Of a stretch of DNA of 64,000 bases, positions 21,706 through 32,874 are shown piece by piece. The notes beneath the pieces are model-generated. The model saw only the letters and a program-made list of their open reading frames with translations. It was not told the origin of the DNA and did not search any database. Origin of the DNA: Elsinoe ampelina (lineage: Eukaryota); assembly GCA_010093995.1 (NCBI GenBank), contig ML992506.1, positions 1,505,508 to 1,569,507 on the forward strand. Reading direction: 5' to 3'. The translations under genes and the position numbers were made by a program. Position 1 is the first letter of the stretch, and each line of letters opens with the position of its first letter.

Positions 21706-23802
21706 TCATAGCGCAAATACCGCAAGCGCAATCGTGAGAGCAGCCAAAGACACCGCGAGCCAACCAGAAAGCCTGATGGGTCCATCCGCGCCGCTCTTGG
21801 TGCTCGTAGTCGGCCCCGTGGCCCCATCGGTGGCTGATAGGGCATCACCAGCGACAGACGGACCGTGTCCCGTCGCGCCTACACTCGTCGGAGGACCAAG
21901 ATGTCCAGCGGATATCCTCGCTCCCGTTGTGGGGGAGCCAACTCGTTGTGTCCCTATTCTAGCTGCGGCAGTTTGGCCACCAGAGTCGCCTGCCGGCTCC
22001 CCGCCCCGCGTCGCCTCCGCCAGATCTGGACCTGAGGTCGTGCCTGCTGGCCGAGCAGCTGCTGGCACGTCCAGTCCTGAGTTGTCTGTCACCTCCGCGC
22101 TGGTGGCTGCACTGGCGCGGGCTGGGTCCCCTGCTGCTGCTTGGGATAAGTCTTGACGTATGTATTCTGCGGGTGGGTCTCCTGATGAGCCTGAAGGTGA
22201 GGATGTGTCGGCTGCTGCTAGCCTCGCAATTTCGATGACTTCGCCGGCTATTCTGTTGCCGACTGGTTGTGCCGGGTTGTCAGGAGGAGATGAGTCAACA
22301 TAGTCGTCGTTGTCGGGAGGGGAAGCTGCTTGATTGTTGGAGTTGCGCTGTTTTGGGTCGTCTGGCGGTTCAGAACTAGGGTTACTGCCACCCTGCGCGG
22401 AAATATCTGGTCCTGGTTGACTTGTGCCTGTGTTTGAAGGAGGCTCGAATGCAGCATGGAACGTCGAAGATGGATAAGCAGTCGCCGCTGTTTCTTGAAC
22501 CGTGGTAGGCATAGTCGGTGCCGGTATCGCACGCTGAGTCGTCCTCAGTATGTCACTAGTCGTTTGCGCAGACCGCGTGGGCACCTGAAAAGTTCCTTGG
22601 GTTTGTAGTATAATGGGCGGATCGAGTAAGCCCCAGTACGCGAACTGACATGTCGACCATAGCGGATCGAGTCCTCGAAGGCCAGGTGGAACAGCCAGTT
22701 GAGGGCGGAATTCGTGCTCTTTGATCACCGTACAGCCTGAATCGCCACGAGGTCCTGCACACATGGCTTGACCGTTCCATGCTGACCAGGGAATTGGCGA
22801 ATTAAAGTCTGCGTAGGACACCGGGTAGCCCTTCTGGATTTTGCTTTCCTGGAACCATTGCGTGAAGTCTTGCTTGTAGCGGATGCTTAGCACAGACTCT
22901 GGCTTCAAGGCGACTACGACGTCATGGATGTTGGGGCCGATATGCTGGCCACACCGATTCTTTGCGTACACCGTGCCGATTGACACGTATGCAGTGTTGG
23001 AGGTGAAGGTATGTCCATTCGCAACAGCTGTCACGGCGTCCGGGTCAGGCGTGCCAGTGTGCGACTTCCCGGTATATATGTCCAGAGGGGCGGCATCCAT
23101 ATTAATAGATGTGATGGTGGCGGTAGGCGTCGATGCACACATATCTCTAGATGCAGTGGTCGGAAAGAAGACCAATTGTACATGATCACCCATCAAGGTG
23201 CATGAGCCGCAGGTACCCATCGAAGCCAGGAGCGACGAGTAAGAACTGTATGCGGTATCATTCATGCATGGTGGCGTGAAGAGTGGCGCAACGCCGGGTA
23301 TCTTCAAAGTAGCTGACGCCTTGGTCATCGAATAGCTGCTCCACAATGGGTTACAATCCGACGGCTGGATCGTGCAATAAGGAGAGGGTCGATAGAAACC
23401 GTCATCATTGGTGACGACTCCAGTGACATACGATATAGGTCCTTCCCAGCTACGAGTATAGCCCGAAGATATAGGCATGAGCGTCGTCGGACCAGTGACG
23501 CGAGGGTAGCCGTCGCATAGAGTGGTGGCGTTCTTGTACCATGTCATCCATCGATACTGTAACCCGCCGACTTGGCTGGTGTACGTCGATTCGGTCCTAT
23601 TTGCGCTTGTCCAGGACCATGCGGCCGAGCTGTAGTCCAAATAGGACGACTGGCAGTCTGCGGCGAACGCAGCTCCGGTGCTGATTGTGGGTGGTGCGGT
23701 CACCGTGCCAGTCTGAGCGCGAACCGCGATCACATAGCAGAGGGCGATGAGCAGTATACTCCAGAGCCAGCCTATGCGAGTCGATGATTGTCGAGCAGTC
23801 AT
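21706..23802 (-). CDS. Secreted, probably GPI-anchored cell-surface protein with a Cys-containing globular domain and Ser/Thr/Pro-rich stalk
   Basis: Hydrophobic signal WLWSILLIALCYVIAVRA, a Cys-rich region, a low-complexity stalk, and C-terminal SGA...LSGWLAVSLAALTIALAVFAL (GPI-signal-like). Confidence 0.75.
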   Translation of the reverse strand: MTARQSSTRIGWLWSILLIALCYVIAVRAQTGTVTAPPTISTGAAFAADCQSSYLDYSSAAWSWTSANRTESTYTSQVGGLQYRWMTWYKNATTLCDGYPRVTGPTTLMPISSGYTRSWEGPISYVTGVVTNDDGFYRPSPYCTIQPSDCNPLWSSYSMTKASATLKIPGVAPLFTPPCMNDTAYSSYSSLLASMGTCGSCTLMGDHVQLVFFPTTASRDMCASTPTATITSINMDAAPLDIYTGKSHTGTPDPDAVTAVANGHTFTSNTAYVSIGTVYAKNRCGQHIGPNIHDVVVALKPESVLSIRYKQDFTQWFQESKIQKGYPVSYADFNSPIPWSAWNGQAMCAGPRGDSGCTVIKEHEFRPQLAVPPGLRGLDPLWSTCQFAYWGLLDPPIILQTQGTFQVPTRSAQTTSDILRTTQRAIPAPTMPTTVQETAATAYPSSTFHAAFEPPSNTGTSQPGPDISAQGGSNPSSEPPDDPKQRNSNNQAASPPDNDDYVDSSPPDNPAQPVGNRIAGEVIEIARLAAADTSSPSGSSGDPPAEYIRQDLSQAAAGDPARASAATSAEVTDNSGLDVPAAARPAGTTSGPDLAEATRGGEPAGDSGGQTAAARIGTQRVGSPTTGARISAGHLGPPTSVGATGHGPSVAGDALSATDGATGPTTSTKSGADGPIRLSGWLAVSLAALTIALAVFAL

Positions 23803-24203
23803 TCGGACATGGTCAAAGCAGTGCTGTGCCACTTCGCATCCTTTCGGAGAGAGGTGGAGGAATTTTTGGAGGTTTCATTCGAAACGGCGTGACGGGTGCC
23901 CTTTTGATCTGGTTGTCTGTCTAGGTTTGATGCAACGGCTGCTGACCTTGATACGGATCGTAATCTTACCCGTTACATCGCCGTCACGTGACAGCCCTGG
24001 TAAAATGTCCCCGCGTTTAGGGCATCATACACCGCGACCAAACCTCAACCTGTCATTACCTGCCGTCTTCTACGCCACCTGCTCCTCAAATCAAGCCAAC
24101 CCAATTGTTTTGGGCGAGTCACACATGATATCAAGACCCTCACGCCAATACGACGGGCCGTAGCAAATGCTCATAAATATTTCTCATAGGTATCGCCACA
24201 ATG

Positions 24204-26144
24204 TCATCGCCACGGACTACTCCCACCACTGATACTCGCGCTATCAAACTCCAACGCCGCCTGGTCTATCTGCTTGAACTTGTCCCTCGCAGCCTGCAAC
24301 TCCTTGCTCAAGCTCTCACCGTCCTCATCATCACTTCCTTGCTCCTCATTTTGATCTCTCCGACTTCGGCCGTAGGTCTTGCTGGACACTTTTGGTGCTT
24401 TAGAGCCCTGAGTCTTCCGCTTGGCCTTGCTAGGGTCTACTACATCTCCTTCGGCGTTCTCCTTCTCTTCTCCTCTCATCGTCCGTGTAGGTTTCGTCTT
24501 GCCTGAAGTGCGGCCAGTGCTGAGCTTCATGATCTTCTTTCCCTTTGCCTCGCTGAGAACTCTTCTGGAGGTCTTCTTTGCAGGTCGATTGTCGTCATCG
24601 CTTTCTATGCCGCTAACATCGAAGGTCTCGTCCCGTTTCACGAGCCGTCGAGGTAGTAATGACCTGAGCATTGCGCTTGTTATTTTTTTTTCCTGCTCAG
24701 GCTTAGGAGCTGCCGCGCCTCTCCGCTTCTTCGGTGACGGTATGATTTCCACTTCGTCCGAGACGGAGCTGTCGCTTCTCGGGTCCGCATAGACGTCGCT
24801 ATCGAGGTCGTTGTGGCGGGGTGTGCTACTGCGGCCACTACTCTCTGCATCGAAGAGTGGAAGGCTGGCTGAGCGGGCGGGCGACAGATCCGATGATGAT
24901 CCAGATCGCGCTGTACCTCGTCCTCGACGTGGCGGCTCTGGCGCAGGCGGACTGGAACGCATGACTTCCACCGCTGCACCTCCTGTCGTTCGCTGTGTCG
25001 CATGGTCTTGCGTGCCCTGCACAACAGCGCTCTCATGAGCCGAGCTGATTTCGTCACTCTTGCGCTTCGTCCCTCGCTTCTTACGTGGAGAGACCACATA
25101 GAGATCTTCGTCATCGTCGTAGAGACTCTTTCGTCTCTCCGCTTCAGTCATGGTGGGCTCAAAGCGGCTGGGCAGTGGTGTACCCTCTAAATCCGGCCGG
25201 AAGGCTTCGTCGTCCATAGTCATGTCTCCCAGCTCTTCCCCCAAGTCTAAAGCAGGGCCGCCGCTGTCCTCGTTCACCTCGGGGTCCGGCACTTGACCCG
25301 CGGTGTCCCTCGCCTCAGTCGTGCCCGTCACGTCGGCAGTCGTATCCAGCGCACTGGTTCCTAGCTCATCTGTCCCCTCCATAAACGAGTCCGTCTGATC
25401 GAGCACACTGGTGTCCAGGATGCCGCCTCTGACTGCAGTCAATATTGAATTCTGCCTCGGCCTCATCCGGAACATCTGTAGTGCCTGTACCGAGGAGTCC
25501 CCTGCCAGCGGCGTGAAGCCTATCTTCTTCGCACTTTTGGCCGCTGATCGAGGCGTGCTTGTGATCTTTCCTGCCCCTTCTGTCTTTCTTGTGCTGCTCT
25601 TGGCCGGCGTGTGTGTCTTCCGTTGCGCAGCTGGCGTTTTGGCGATACTGCTCCTCTCCTCTCCCGTGGTCTTGCTCTTGCTCACAGTGGTAGCCATCTC
25701 CCCTTGCGAGCCAGGCACGTCAAATTCGTCCCTTTCATCTCGCTGGTCTGTCCCTGCCTGCCGTCTTCTTGCTTCCAAAGCTCCAGACACTCTCGCGATG
25801 GGATCTTGCCGCGCTCTCCTCGAAGGCGCATTGCGCACTAGTCCACCCGTAACATCCTCATCCTCATCCTGCCCTTCGTCCTCGTTGTCAATCTCACTTG
25901 CGGTTTTCCGTCCTCGAGCAGGTCGTGTCTTCGGAACGATTTCTGGCGAAGTCTTCTGGCCAAGCTGCTTGCTCTTCGTCGCACTCTTCGCCGCCACCTT
26001 TTTCTTCGGCTTCGCGACTAAGGGCGCATCCTCTGCCTCCGTGTTCGCGGCGGCGCGACGCGCTGTTCTTCCTCCTGGTTCCGGAGTGGTCTTCGCGGGT
26101 TGCGGTGCTGGCGCGGCGGCCGCTCTCGTCCGTCTCGGCGGCAT
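24204..26144 (-). CDS. Largely disordered nuclear protein, candidate Sororin (Sor1)-like cohesin regulator
   Basis: 646-aa intronless ORF with NLS-like SPRKKR and SPKKRR, KEN (24456-24464), KTYGR (24366-24380) and C-terminal ELQAARDKFKQIDQAALEFD. The gene itself is well supported; the Sororin identity is inferred. Confidence 0.7.
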   Translation of the reverse strand: MPPRRTRAAAAPAPQPAKTTPEPGGRTARRAAANTEAEDAPLVAKPKKKVAAKSATKSKQLGQKTSPEIVPKTRPARGRKTASEIDNEDEGQDEDEDVTGGLVRNAPSRRARQDPIARVSGALEARRRQAGTDQRDERDEFDVPGSQGEMATTVSKSKTTGEERSSIAKTPAAQRKTHTPAKSSTRKTEGAGKITSTPRSAAKSAKKIGFTPLAGDSSVQALQMFRMRPRQNSILTAVRGGILDTSVLDQTDSFMEGTDELGTSALDTTADVTGTTEARDTAGQVPDPEVNEDSGGPALDLGEELGDMTMDDEAFRPDLEGTPLPSRFEPTMTEAERRKSLYDDDEDLYVVSPRKKRGTKRKSDEISSAHESAVVQGTQDHATQRTTGGAAVEVMRSSPPAPEPPRRGRGTARSGSSSDLSPARSASLPLFDAESSGRSSTPRHNDLDSDVYADPRSDSSVSDEVEIIPSPKKRRGAAAPKPEQEKKITSAMLRSLLPRRLVKRDETFDVSGIESDDDNRPAKKTSRRVLSEAKGKKIMKLSTGRTSGKTKPTRTMRGEEKENAEGDVVDPSKAKRKTQGSKAPKVSSKTYGRSRRDQNEEQGSDDEDGESLSKELQAARDKFKQIDQAALEFDSASISGGSSPWR

Positions 26145-26273
26145 GTTTTCGACCGCTCGAATTGGATTGTCCTAGGTATGAGAGCGCAAACTACCGCATT
26201 GGTGTCTTTAGTGATTTGCTCGTGATGGTGTGAGATGAAAGAAAATGTGGTGACGTTGCGGGGAACGAAGAGA

Positions 26274-26289
26274 ACGCGTCTTGACGCGT
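26274..26289. promoter_or_regulatory. Tandem MCB (MluI cell-cycle box) elements
   Basis: ACGCGT at 26274-26279 and 26284-26289, 130-145 bp upstream of the ATG at 26144. Confidence 0.65.
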
Positions 26290-26474
26290 GGGGATGTTTG
26301 GCTGCGGTACGGAGGCATGCAGGCAGAGCTAGCAGGGGGTGCTTGACAGTTCATTTCATTGTGACAACGACATCTTTGCCAACTATGGAGGATTCATTAC
26401 TGAGTTGCATGTGACACTGCTTGTGGTAGATCACAGTTTCGGGACTATCTGGTCATCAAGCTGGCTACCTAACC

Positions 26475-28720
26475 TCACTTACCACTCCCGTACAGATCCT
26501 TCTCTACCATCCCTCTGCAGATAGGATGATAGAATTCCCTATGCTTTTCGAACGTCTTCTTCGCAAGCTCTTCATCGCAGGCTTTGAGGCCTCGGTATAA
26601 TGGCCGGACGAACTTCATCCTTCCTACACGGCCGAGCAGCTCCGCCGTAGGCTCATACACGCTCTTTGCCTTGGCCTTCAATCCCACAACAAAGAATCGA
26701 GAGACGAGCTCAACGTTGTTGCTTTTGGCGAAGCCATATGTCGAGCCCATCAAATCTACCAGCTTTGGATCGAGTGGCTTCTCAAAGGTCTGCACTTTCT
26801 CAAGAAAGACGACGGATTGATTTGCTTGCCATCCTTCGAGGTCTGATGACAAAGGCTTGAACTCTGCACCACTGGTGTTGAGTGCCGACCATTTGTCTGC
26901 GAGAGCGTAGCATGCGTCGACCATGCTCGTATCGTAGTCAGGCTTGGGCGGATAGCCTGGCTTGTAGAACCATGTGTCCCAGTCTAGATCATTGAGCTTT
27001 TTGCTAGCCTCCGAGTCACCGGAGAAGAAGTCGAGAAGCGTAGCCTTGAAGTCGTAGCTGTCAAGCGATTTTCGTTCGTATGTCTTGAAGTACTGTTGCA
27101 CGTCAGTGGGGACTTGATAGTCATGCAATTTGTGCTACATACGTGAGGGATGAATTTGTCCCACTTGTCCTTGCCGACCAGCTTCTCCAGGTTATACAAG
27201 AAGACGAATCCCTTCTCGTAGGGAATGCTGCTGAACGCATCATCAGGATCTTTGCCTTTGAGGTCAACGATCATCTTGGTGAACTCATGATCGGTCCCAA
27301 AATTCTCAATACTATCCGAGAGCGCTTTCCATCCGATGATGGCACTGAAGTCTCTATGCGGCTCGCCATGAACAGCGGCCTGGATTCGGCGCTCCAAGTA
27401 TGTCGTCCAGCCTTCGTTCAACCAAAAGTGTTCCCAAGAAGCATTCGATACCAAATTACCTGACCAAGAATGTGACAGCTCGTGAGCAATCACGTCAATG
27501 TTCTGACGGTCTCCAGAGATGATTGTTGGCGTAGCGAAGGTGTAGATCGGGTTCTCCATGCCACCGTAGGGAAACGAGCTCGGCAATACCAGCACATTAT
27601 AAGTGCCCCATCTGTATGGGAAGACAATATCCTCGGCTACTTTGATGAACTGCTCGGTGCCACCTTCAAGCTCCCACTTGGCGCCTTCAAGCTCGTCAGG
27701 GCCTGTCCAGACTGTGCTCCGAGGTCCGATGTCTGCTTTCGCAATGTCGCCACTGGCCAGAGCGAAGAGATAAGACGGGATCGGGACGGACTGCTTAAAG
27801 GTGTACACTTTCTTGCCAGGAGACGCATCTTTTGAGCTGTCGGGCAGTCCCGATGCAAGAACGGGCAACGGGGATGTGATGTTGAACGTGAAGGTCGACT
27901 TGACATCTGGTGTGTCCTGACAGGGAAAGATTGATCTAGCATGAATGGCCTGGCATTGAGAAACTGTACAGTGTCAGATTCTGTCACAATATCGATACTT
28001 CGTATGCACTGACACATGTATGGGTGCTTCTGATTCGAGGTTTGAGCCGCTGTCAGCCACTGCAGTGCTGTGCAATCCTTGGTAGTCGAGACATGGATCT
28101 GGCAATGGTTAGTTTTATCCCCCGCGGTGATCACAGTCCTTGCTGACCTCCACAGCTGCATTCCCAGATGTGCCCTCAGGCACATTGATTGTCAGAGGGC
28201 TGCCATATGGCTCATAACGTGATGCAAGATCCCACGTGGCTCTCGATCCGTCCACGGAGACTTCAGTGACATCCAAGAAGCTGTGATTAAGTCAGGACAT
28301 CCAACTATAAATGCTTTCGGTACTCCTATCGATTGCAATTTTCCAAAGGAGGACATCAAAAGTTTCATACCTTGTATCCAGAATAATCTTGTCAGCACTG
28401 TTATGTAGCTGCTTCATATCGAGCGTGACCCTTCCCGCCACCTTCTTGCCCTCAAAGTCGATATCAAGATCAGCGGTGACATGTTCGGTCCTCCAAGCAT
28501 TATAGTTCGAGAGTGTGTTGGGATCTCGTGGTTGGTGTATTGACGTGTCCCCGCCCACAGGCAGTTGCTGCACAGCTGCAGGAGCTTTATGCATGGTGGT
28601 CTGGTGGAAGCAATATTTTGGTACCCGGAATGGTGACGGTATCGAGCAGCTAGTACGCGGGACGAAGCGAACAGCCTTGGTATATGAGGCCAAGAGACTG
28701 TATCGAGCAAAAGCTCGCAT
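26475..28720 (-). CDS. LAP2: Leukotriene A4 hydrolase / leucine aminopeptidase 2 (M1 zinc peptidase), multi-exon
   Basis: Contains [26 protein letters not shown]...WLNEG (HExxH-x18-E), PYEKG and [10 protein letters not shown]. Frame changes coincide with GT-AG introns. Confidence 0.93.
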
Positions 28721-29110
28721 TGATTCAAGGCAGTATTCAATATTCAGTGCTGTATTTTGGGCCTAGGGTGACGAGCTGAAGTCTCTCGGTTTGGTGCGGA
28801 CCTTCCACTTTTGGACATCCGAGCATCAAGCACAGCGAAGTAATTGACTCCATCATCTCATGTTCACGACTCAAATAGATCGACAGATCGAAATCAAAGG
28901 TATACCTAGGTAGCATTACGCCGGAGTATCAGACTATATAAGCGCGCGCAGGTGTCCATAACCGTCCCAGAACTCTCTCGCCGAGAAGAAGCCAACCAGT
29001 CGTGAGTGGAAATATCATAACCCCTTCCATGTTTGTTCAAGCAGCTTCGAATCAGATATCGTATTGCAATCAAAAAGCCAGTGAGAAGGGTCAGAGAAGT
29101 AAATATAGGC

Positions 29111-31425
29111 TCAAGAGTAGGCCTTCTCGACCTCCTTCTTGTACTTCTCGAGGATGCCTCTGCGGTTGAGCTTCTGAGCTGACGTGACAAGACCCTAGTG
29201 TGGTGGTTAGCTGTGTGCTCTTATCGTGTATTGCTCTGTTGCAGCTCACATTCTGCGGTGTCCATTCCTCATCTGCCAGCACAACGCCATCGATGATTTC
29301 AGGTCCACCAAGACCACCCTTCTTTCCTTGCTCTTGCATAGCCTTCAAGACGGCATTGTTGATCTTCTCATCGTGCACGAGCTCCTCGAGGGATTTGCCA
29401 GAGGATCCCTGCTCCTTTGCAAGGTTCTGAAGTGCTGCTTCGTTAGGGAAGACAATGGCGATGGGCTTGACCTTGTCGCCCGATGCGTGGACGCAGATGT
29501 TGCCAACAACGGCGGTAGATCGGTAGATTGACTCGAGCTGTATAAGATGTCAGTAGATCGCTTCTTCTCATTAGTCGCGTGACTGACCTTCTCGAGCGCG
29601 ATGTACTCTCCGTTCAGCGTCTTGACCAGATTCTTCTTGCGATCTATGATCTTGAGGTTTCCGTCCTTGTCGAATTCGCCAATATCACCAGTCTTAAACC
29701 AGCCATCGTCGGTGAAGGATTCCTTGGTCTCTTCTGGTAGCTCGAGATAACCAGCGCTGATCGAGTCTCCACGGATCCAGACTTCACCCTGTGGTGGGTT
29801 ATTCTTTGCATAATAGCCAGCATCCGCGAAATCGACAAGCTTGACTTCTGTGGAAGCAGGCATTCCGCCCACTGCATTGTCGGTCCACGAGAGTGGATCC
29901 ATCAAGGCACCCATGCTATTTTTAATCAGTGGAGTCCACTACCATGACGTGGTTGCAACTTACGCGGCAGTCTCGGTCAGACCATAACCAATGATCATTG
30001 GGGCAATAGCCATCGAGATGAAGCGCTGAGTCTCCTTTGCAACAGGTCCACCACCCACCATACAAATCCTCAACTTTCCGCCAGTCGCCTCCTTGATCTT
30101 GCTGAATACGACGCTGTCCACGATGCTGGTGGCGGCGCTAGACCCTGGGAAACCACTGCTCATCATCATGCTCTTTGCACTCATGGCACCCCAAAACATG
30201 TGTCTCGCGATGACGCTTGCTTTTGAGACCTTTGTGAGGATACCCTTCTTGACGGTTTCCCAGACTGCGGGGACACCGACAAGGATACTTGGCTTGAGCT
30301 CGCGGATGTCACCGGCGCAGTTGCGCATACTGGCATCAGAGATGGTCTTGGGATGTCCATACCCCATGGTGCCTCCCCAGAAGATGCAGGCGTTTTCGAA
30401 TACATACTCGAGAATGTGGGCGGCGGGGAGGTAAGCGAGGAGAGCATCGCCCGGTCCGATGTACGGCCCGACAATGACGTTGACACCAGCAACTGGAGGG
30501 TATCAGCGGATGCCAAGTGGCATAAATTTGGGCACTTACTAGCTGCGAGCACATTGCGATGCTTGAGCAGGACACCTTTAGGTGCACCTGTACTGCCGGA
30601 AGTGTACATGATACAGCACAGATCCTCAGGTGTGGGAGGAACAGGATCTACGGTGTTCTCTTCGCCTTTCTTCACAAGCTCCTCGAAGCTAATGACCGTC
30701 AAGTTGGGGTGGGCGTCCTTGAGCTTCTGGACACCAGACTCGTCAAAGTCGGCGACATCAACGTTATAGATGACGTGTTGGATATCCTTGACTTCTTTGA
30801 GAGGCTTGATGAGCTTTGTGAGAAGTGTGCCGTCGAGGAAGATGGCTTTTGCGTGTGTCTGTTGCATGGAGTGCTTGAGGCCTTCCTCACCGAGTGTGTC
30901 ATAGGCAGTGACGATAGGCATCGATTGTGAGCCAGCGCCGTGTGCTGTAGCCATCCATTTCCTGCTCGTGGCGGCAAAGATCTGGACTCTATCGCCCTTT
31001 GTCATGCCCAAGGCCCTGAAACCCGACCCGACCTTGAGGGTGAGCTTCTCATACTCGGTAAAGGACATGAATTCGTAGGGACCAAGCTCGTAATACTGCC
31101 ATTCCTTGTCGACCTCGACATCTTGACCGTCGACCTTCTTCTTGATCTTCTTGACCTCTCTGTGTATCTTGATGATCTTGCGGGTACCGATGGCCTTTGC
31201 ATTTCCGAACTTCTGAGAGCTGCGCTTGACGAGGTCGAAGATGGTGTTGACTCCTTCTTCCGGGACTGAGATGAGCTTGTCCTTTGCTGTGGGATGTCTG
31301 CGTGGGATAGTCTCGCCTTCGACTTTCTGAAAGCCAGAAGCCTCAACGGAATATGGCGGCTTCTTGTAAGGCCGCGGCTGAGGCACCAGTGTCTTGAGGT
31401 CGGAGCGAGCCATAATATCTCCCAT
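29111..31425 (-). CDS. FAA1: Long-chain fatty acyl-CoA synthetase (Faa1/Faa4 type), multi-exon
   Basis: AMP-binding YTSGSTGAPKG, GYGLTET, GWFKTGDIG and IIDRKKNLVK. Last exon GLVTSAQKLNRR...KAYS* has its stop at 29113-29111. Confidence 0.92.
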
Positions 31426-31957
31426 GGTGAAGAGAAGCAGGAAGAGGGAGAGCCAAGTATATATGATGCAGCTGGGCCGTGAGACACTAGCAGATGGTAA
31501 CGGAAGCGAGAGGAAAGCTTGATGAGACGGGTGTGTGATTGCAGGCTGGCAGCGGCGTGAAGGGTGAGCAGTGGAGAGCTTGGATGGATGAGGTGGCTGC
31601 GGGACGTCATAGCTCAGGCTCCGTCCGCTGCTCGGATTGGCCCTCCGCTTTTCTCTGCGTTCGTTCCCCCAGCACGATTCAGACGAGAATATTGAGACAA
31701 ACACCAGCTTGGTCAGCCTTGGCGGCCCGAGCTCTTCTCCTGCACCAAGGGGACTTTTCCCCTTTGGTTCTTTTCAGATTGCCGCCCAGTTGTTGGCAAC
31801 GACCGCCTCAAAACCTTTGCATCCCTTTGGGAGCACTTGGTGGTCACATGGAACCGAGGCGACCATCTTCGTTCGTCCCTGTCTTGGATTCCATGACTAT
31901 CTGGCGGAATTCATGACCTTCAGGACCTCTCGACACGGCAAGGAGGGCGCAGCAGCA

Positions 31958-32874
31958 ATGCAGGAGGCTCTGCCCGCAATTTTCGCAAAATTTGCAGAGT
32001 CCGTCCAAGACCCATCAGAAGGTACAACTTCATCCTTCACGTTTTGCCTTGCATGGCTGCAGTACCAAAGTAGTGACAGGTAGGTACAGAAACCTTCTGG
32101 CTCTTCTCACAGAACAGGCATCAGCATGATTTAGGCATGATCGACCCTACTGCGGCGGAGATTACTGTCACCGTAGCCGAAAAGGATTTCACAATCAAGC
32201 AGTCACCTGGCCTGCTGACATCCTCACGTTCCGGCGGTACTACCGGTGCCGCTGTGTGGAGGACAACTCATCTGCTCGCCGAGTGGTTTGCGTCGTCTGA
32301 CAATGCACTCTTCCAATCAGGTCTCTTGGATGAAACTTCCACTCTGTTGGAATTAGGGTCCGGAGTTGCAGGGCTTCTGCCTTTAGCAATAGGTCAACGT
32401 ATCGGCCGCTACTTTGCTACTGATCAAGCATACGCATTGAAGCTTTTGCAAGAGAACATCGACGTCAACAGATCGACCAGACGAAGCAAGAAAGCAGTCG
32501 ACATATCAAGCAATATACATCTTACATCGCTTGACTGGGAGAATGATGATCTCTCGTACTTTTTGACCTCTCATGGTCTTTCACGGGGTGTAGACATGAT
32601 CATCGCCAGCGACTGCGTTTACAACTATCATCTGGTCCAGCCACTGGTCGAGACCTGTGCTAGCGTCGCAAGAGCTCGCAAGTCCCTCGAACGACCAACA
32701 CTATGTCTGGTAGCACAACAGCTTCGCGAACCCGATGTCTTCGACGACTGGCTCACCTCGTTTGCTCAACACTTTCAGACATATCGACTGACAGACCAGA
32801 CACTTGGACCGCAGCTCAACATACCCGCTGGCTATGTGGTTCATGTAGGCATTCTGAAGGACAGTCCTTCATGA
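31958..32874 (+). CDS. RKM5: Rkm5-like protein-lysine N-methyltransferase (Methyltransf_16), with one intron at ~32022-32089
   Basis: IKQSPGLLTSSRSGGTTGAAVW, LLELGSGVAG (SAM motif I), LDWE and IIASDCVYN. Confidence 0.8.

Noticed and set aside
26475..31425. Apparent frameshifts or fragmented ORFs in LAP2 and FAA1 (also GAL7, NMO, thiolase-like, PRD1, IFA38)
   Set aside because: The breaks checked coincide with GT...CTRAC...YAG introns, so these are not pseudogenes or programmed frameshifts.
31426..31704. In-frame GTG-started upstream extension of FAA1
   Set aside because: It looks like pyrimidine-rich 5' UTR/promoter with no good initiation context or clear targeting pattern; much weaker than the PRD1 case.
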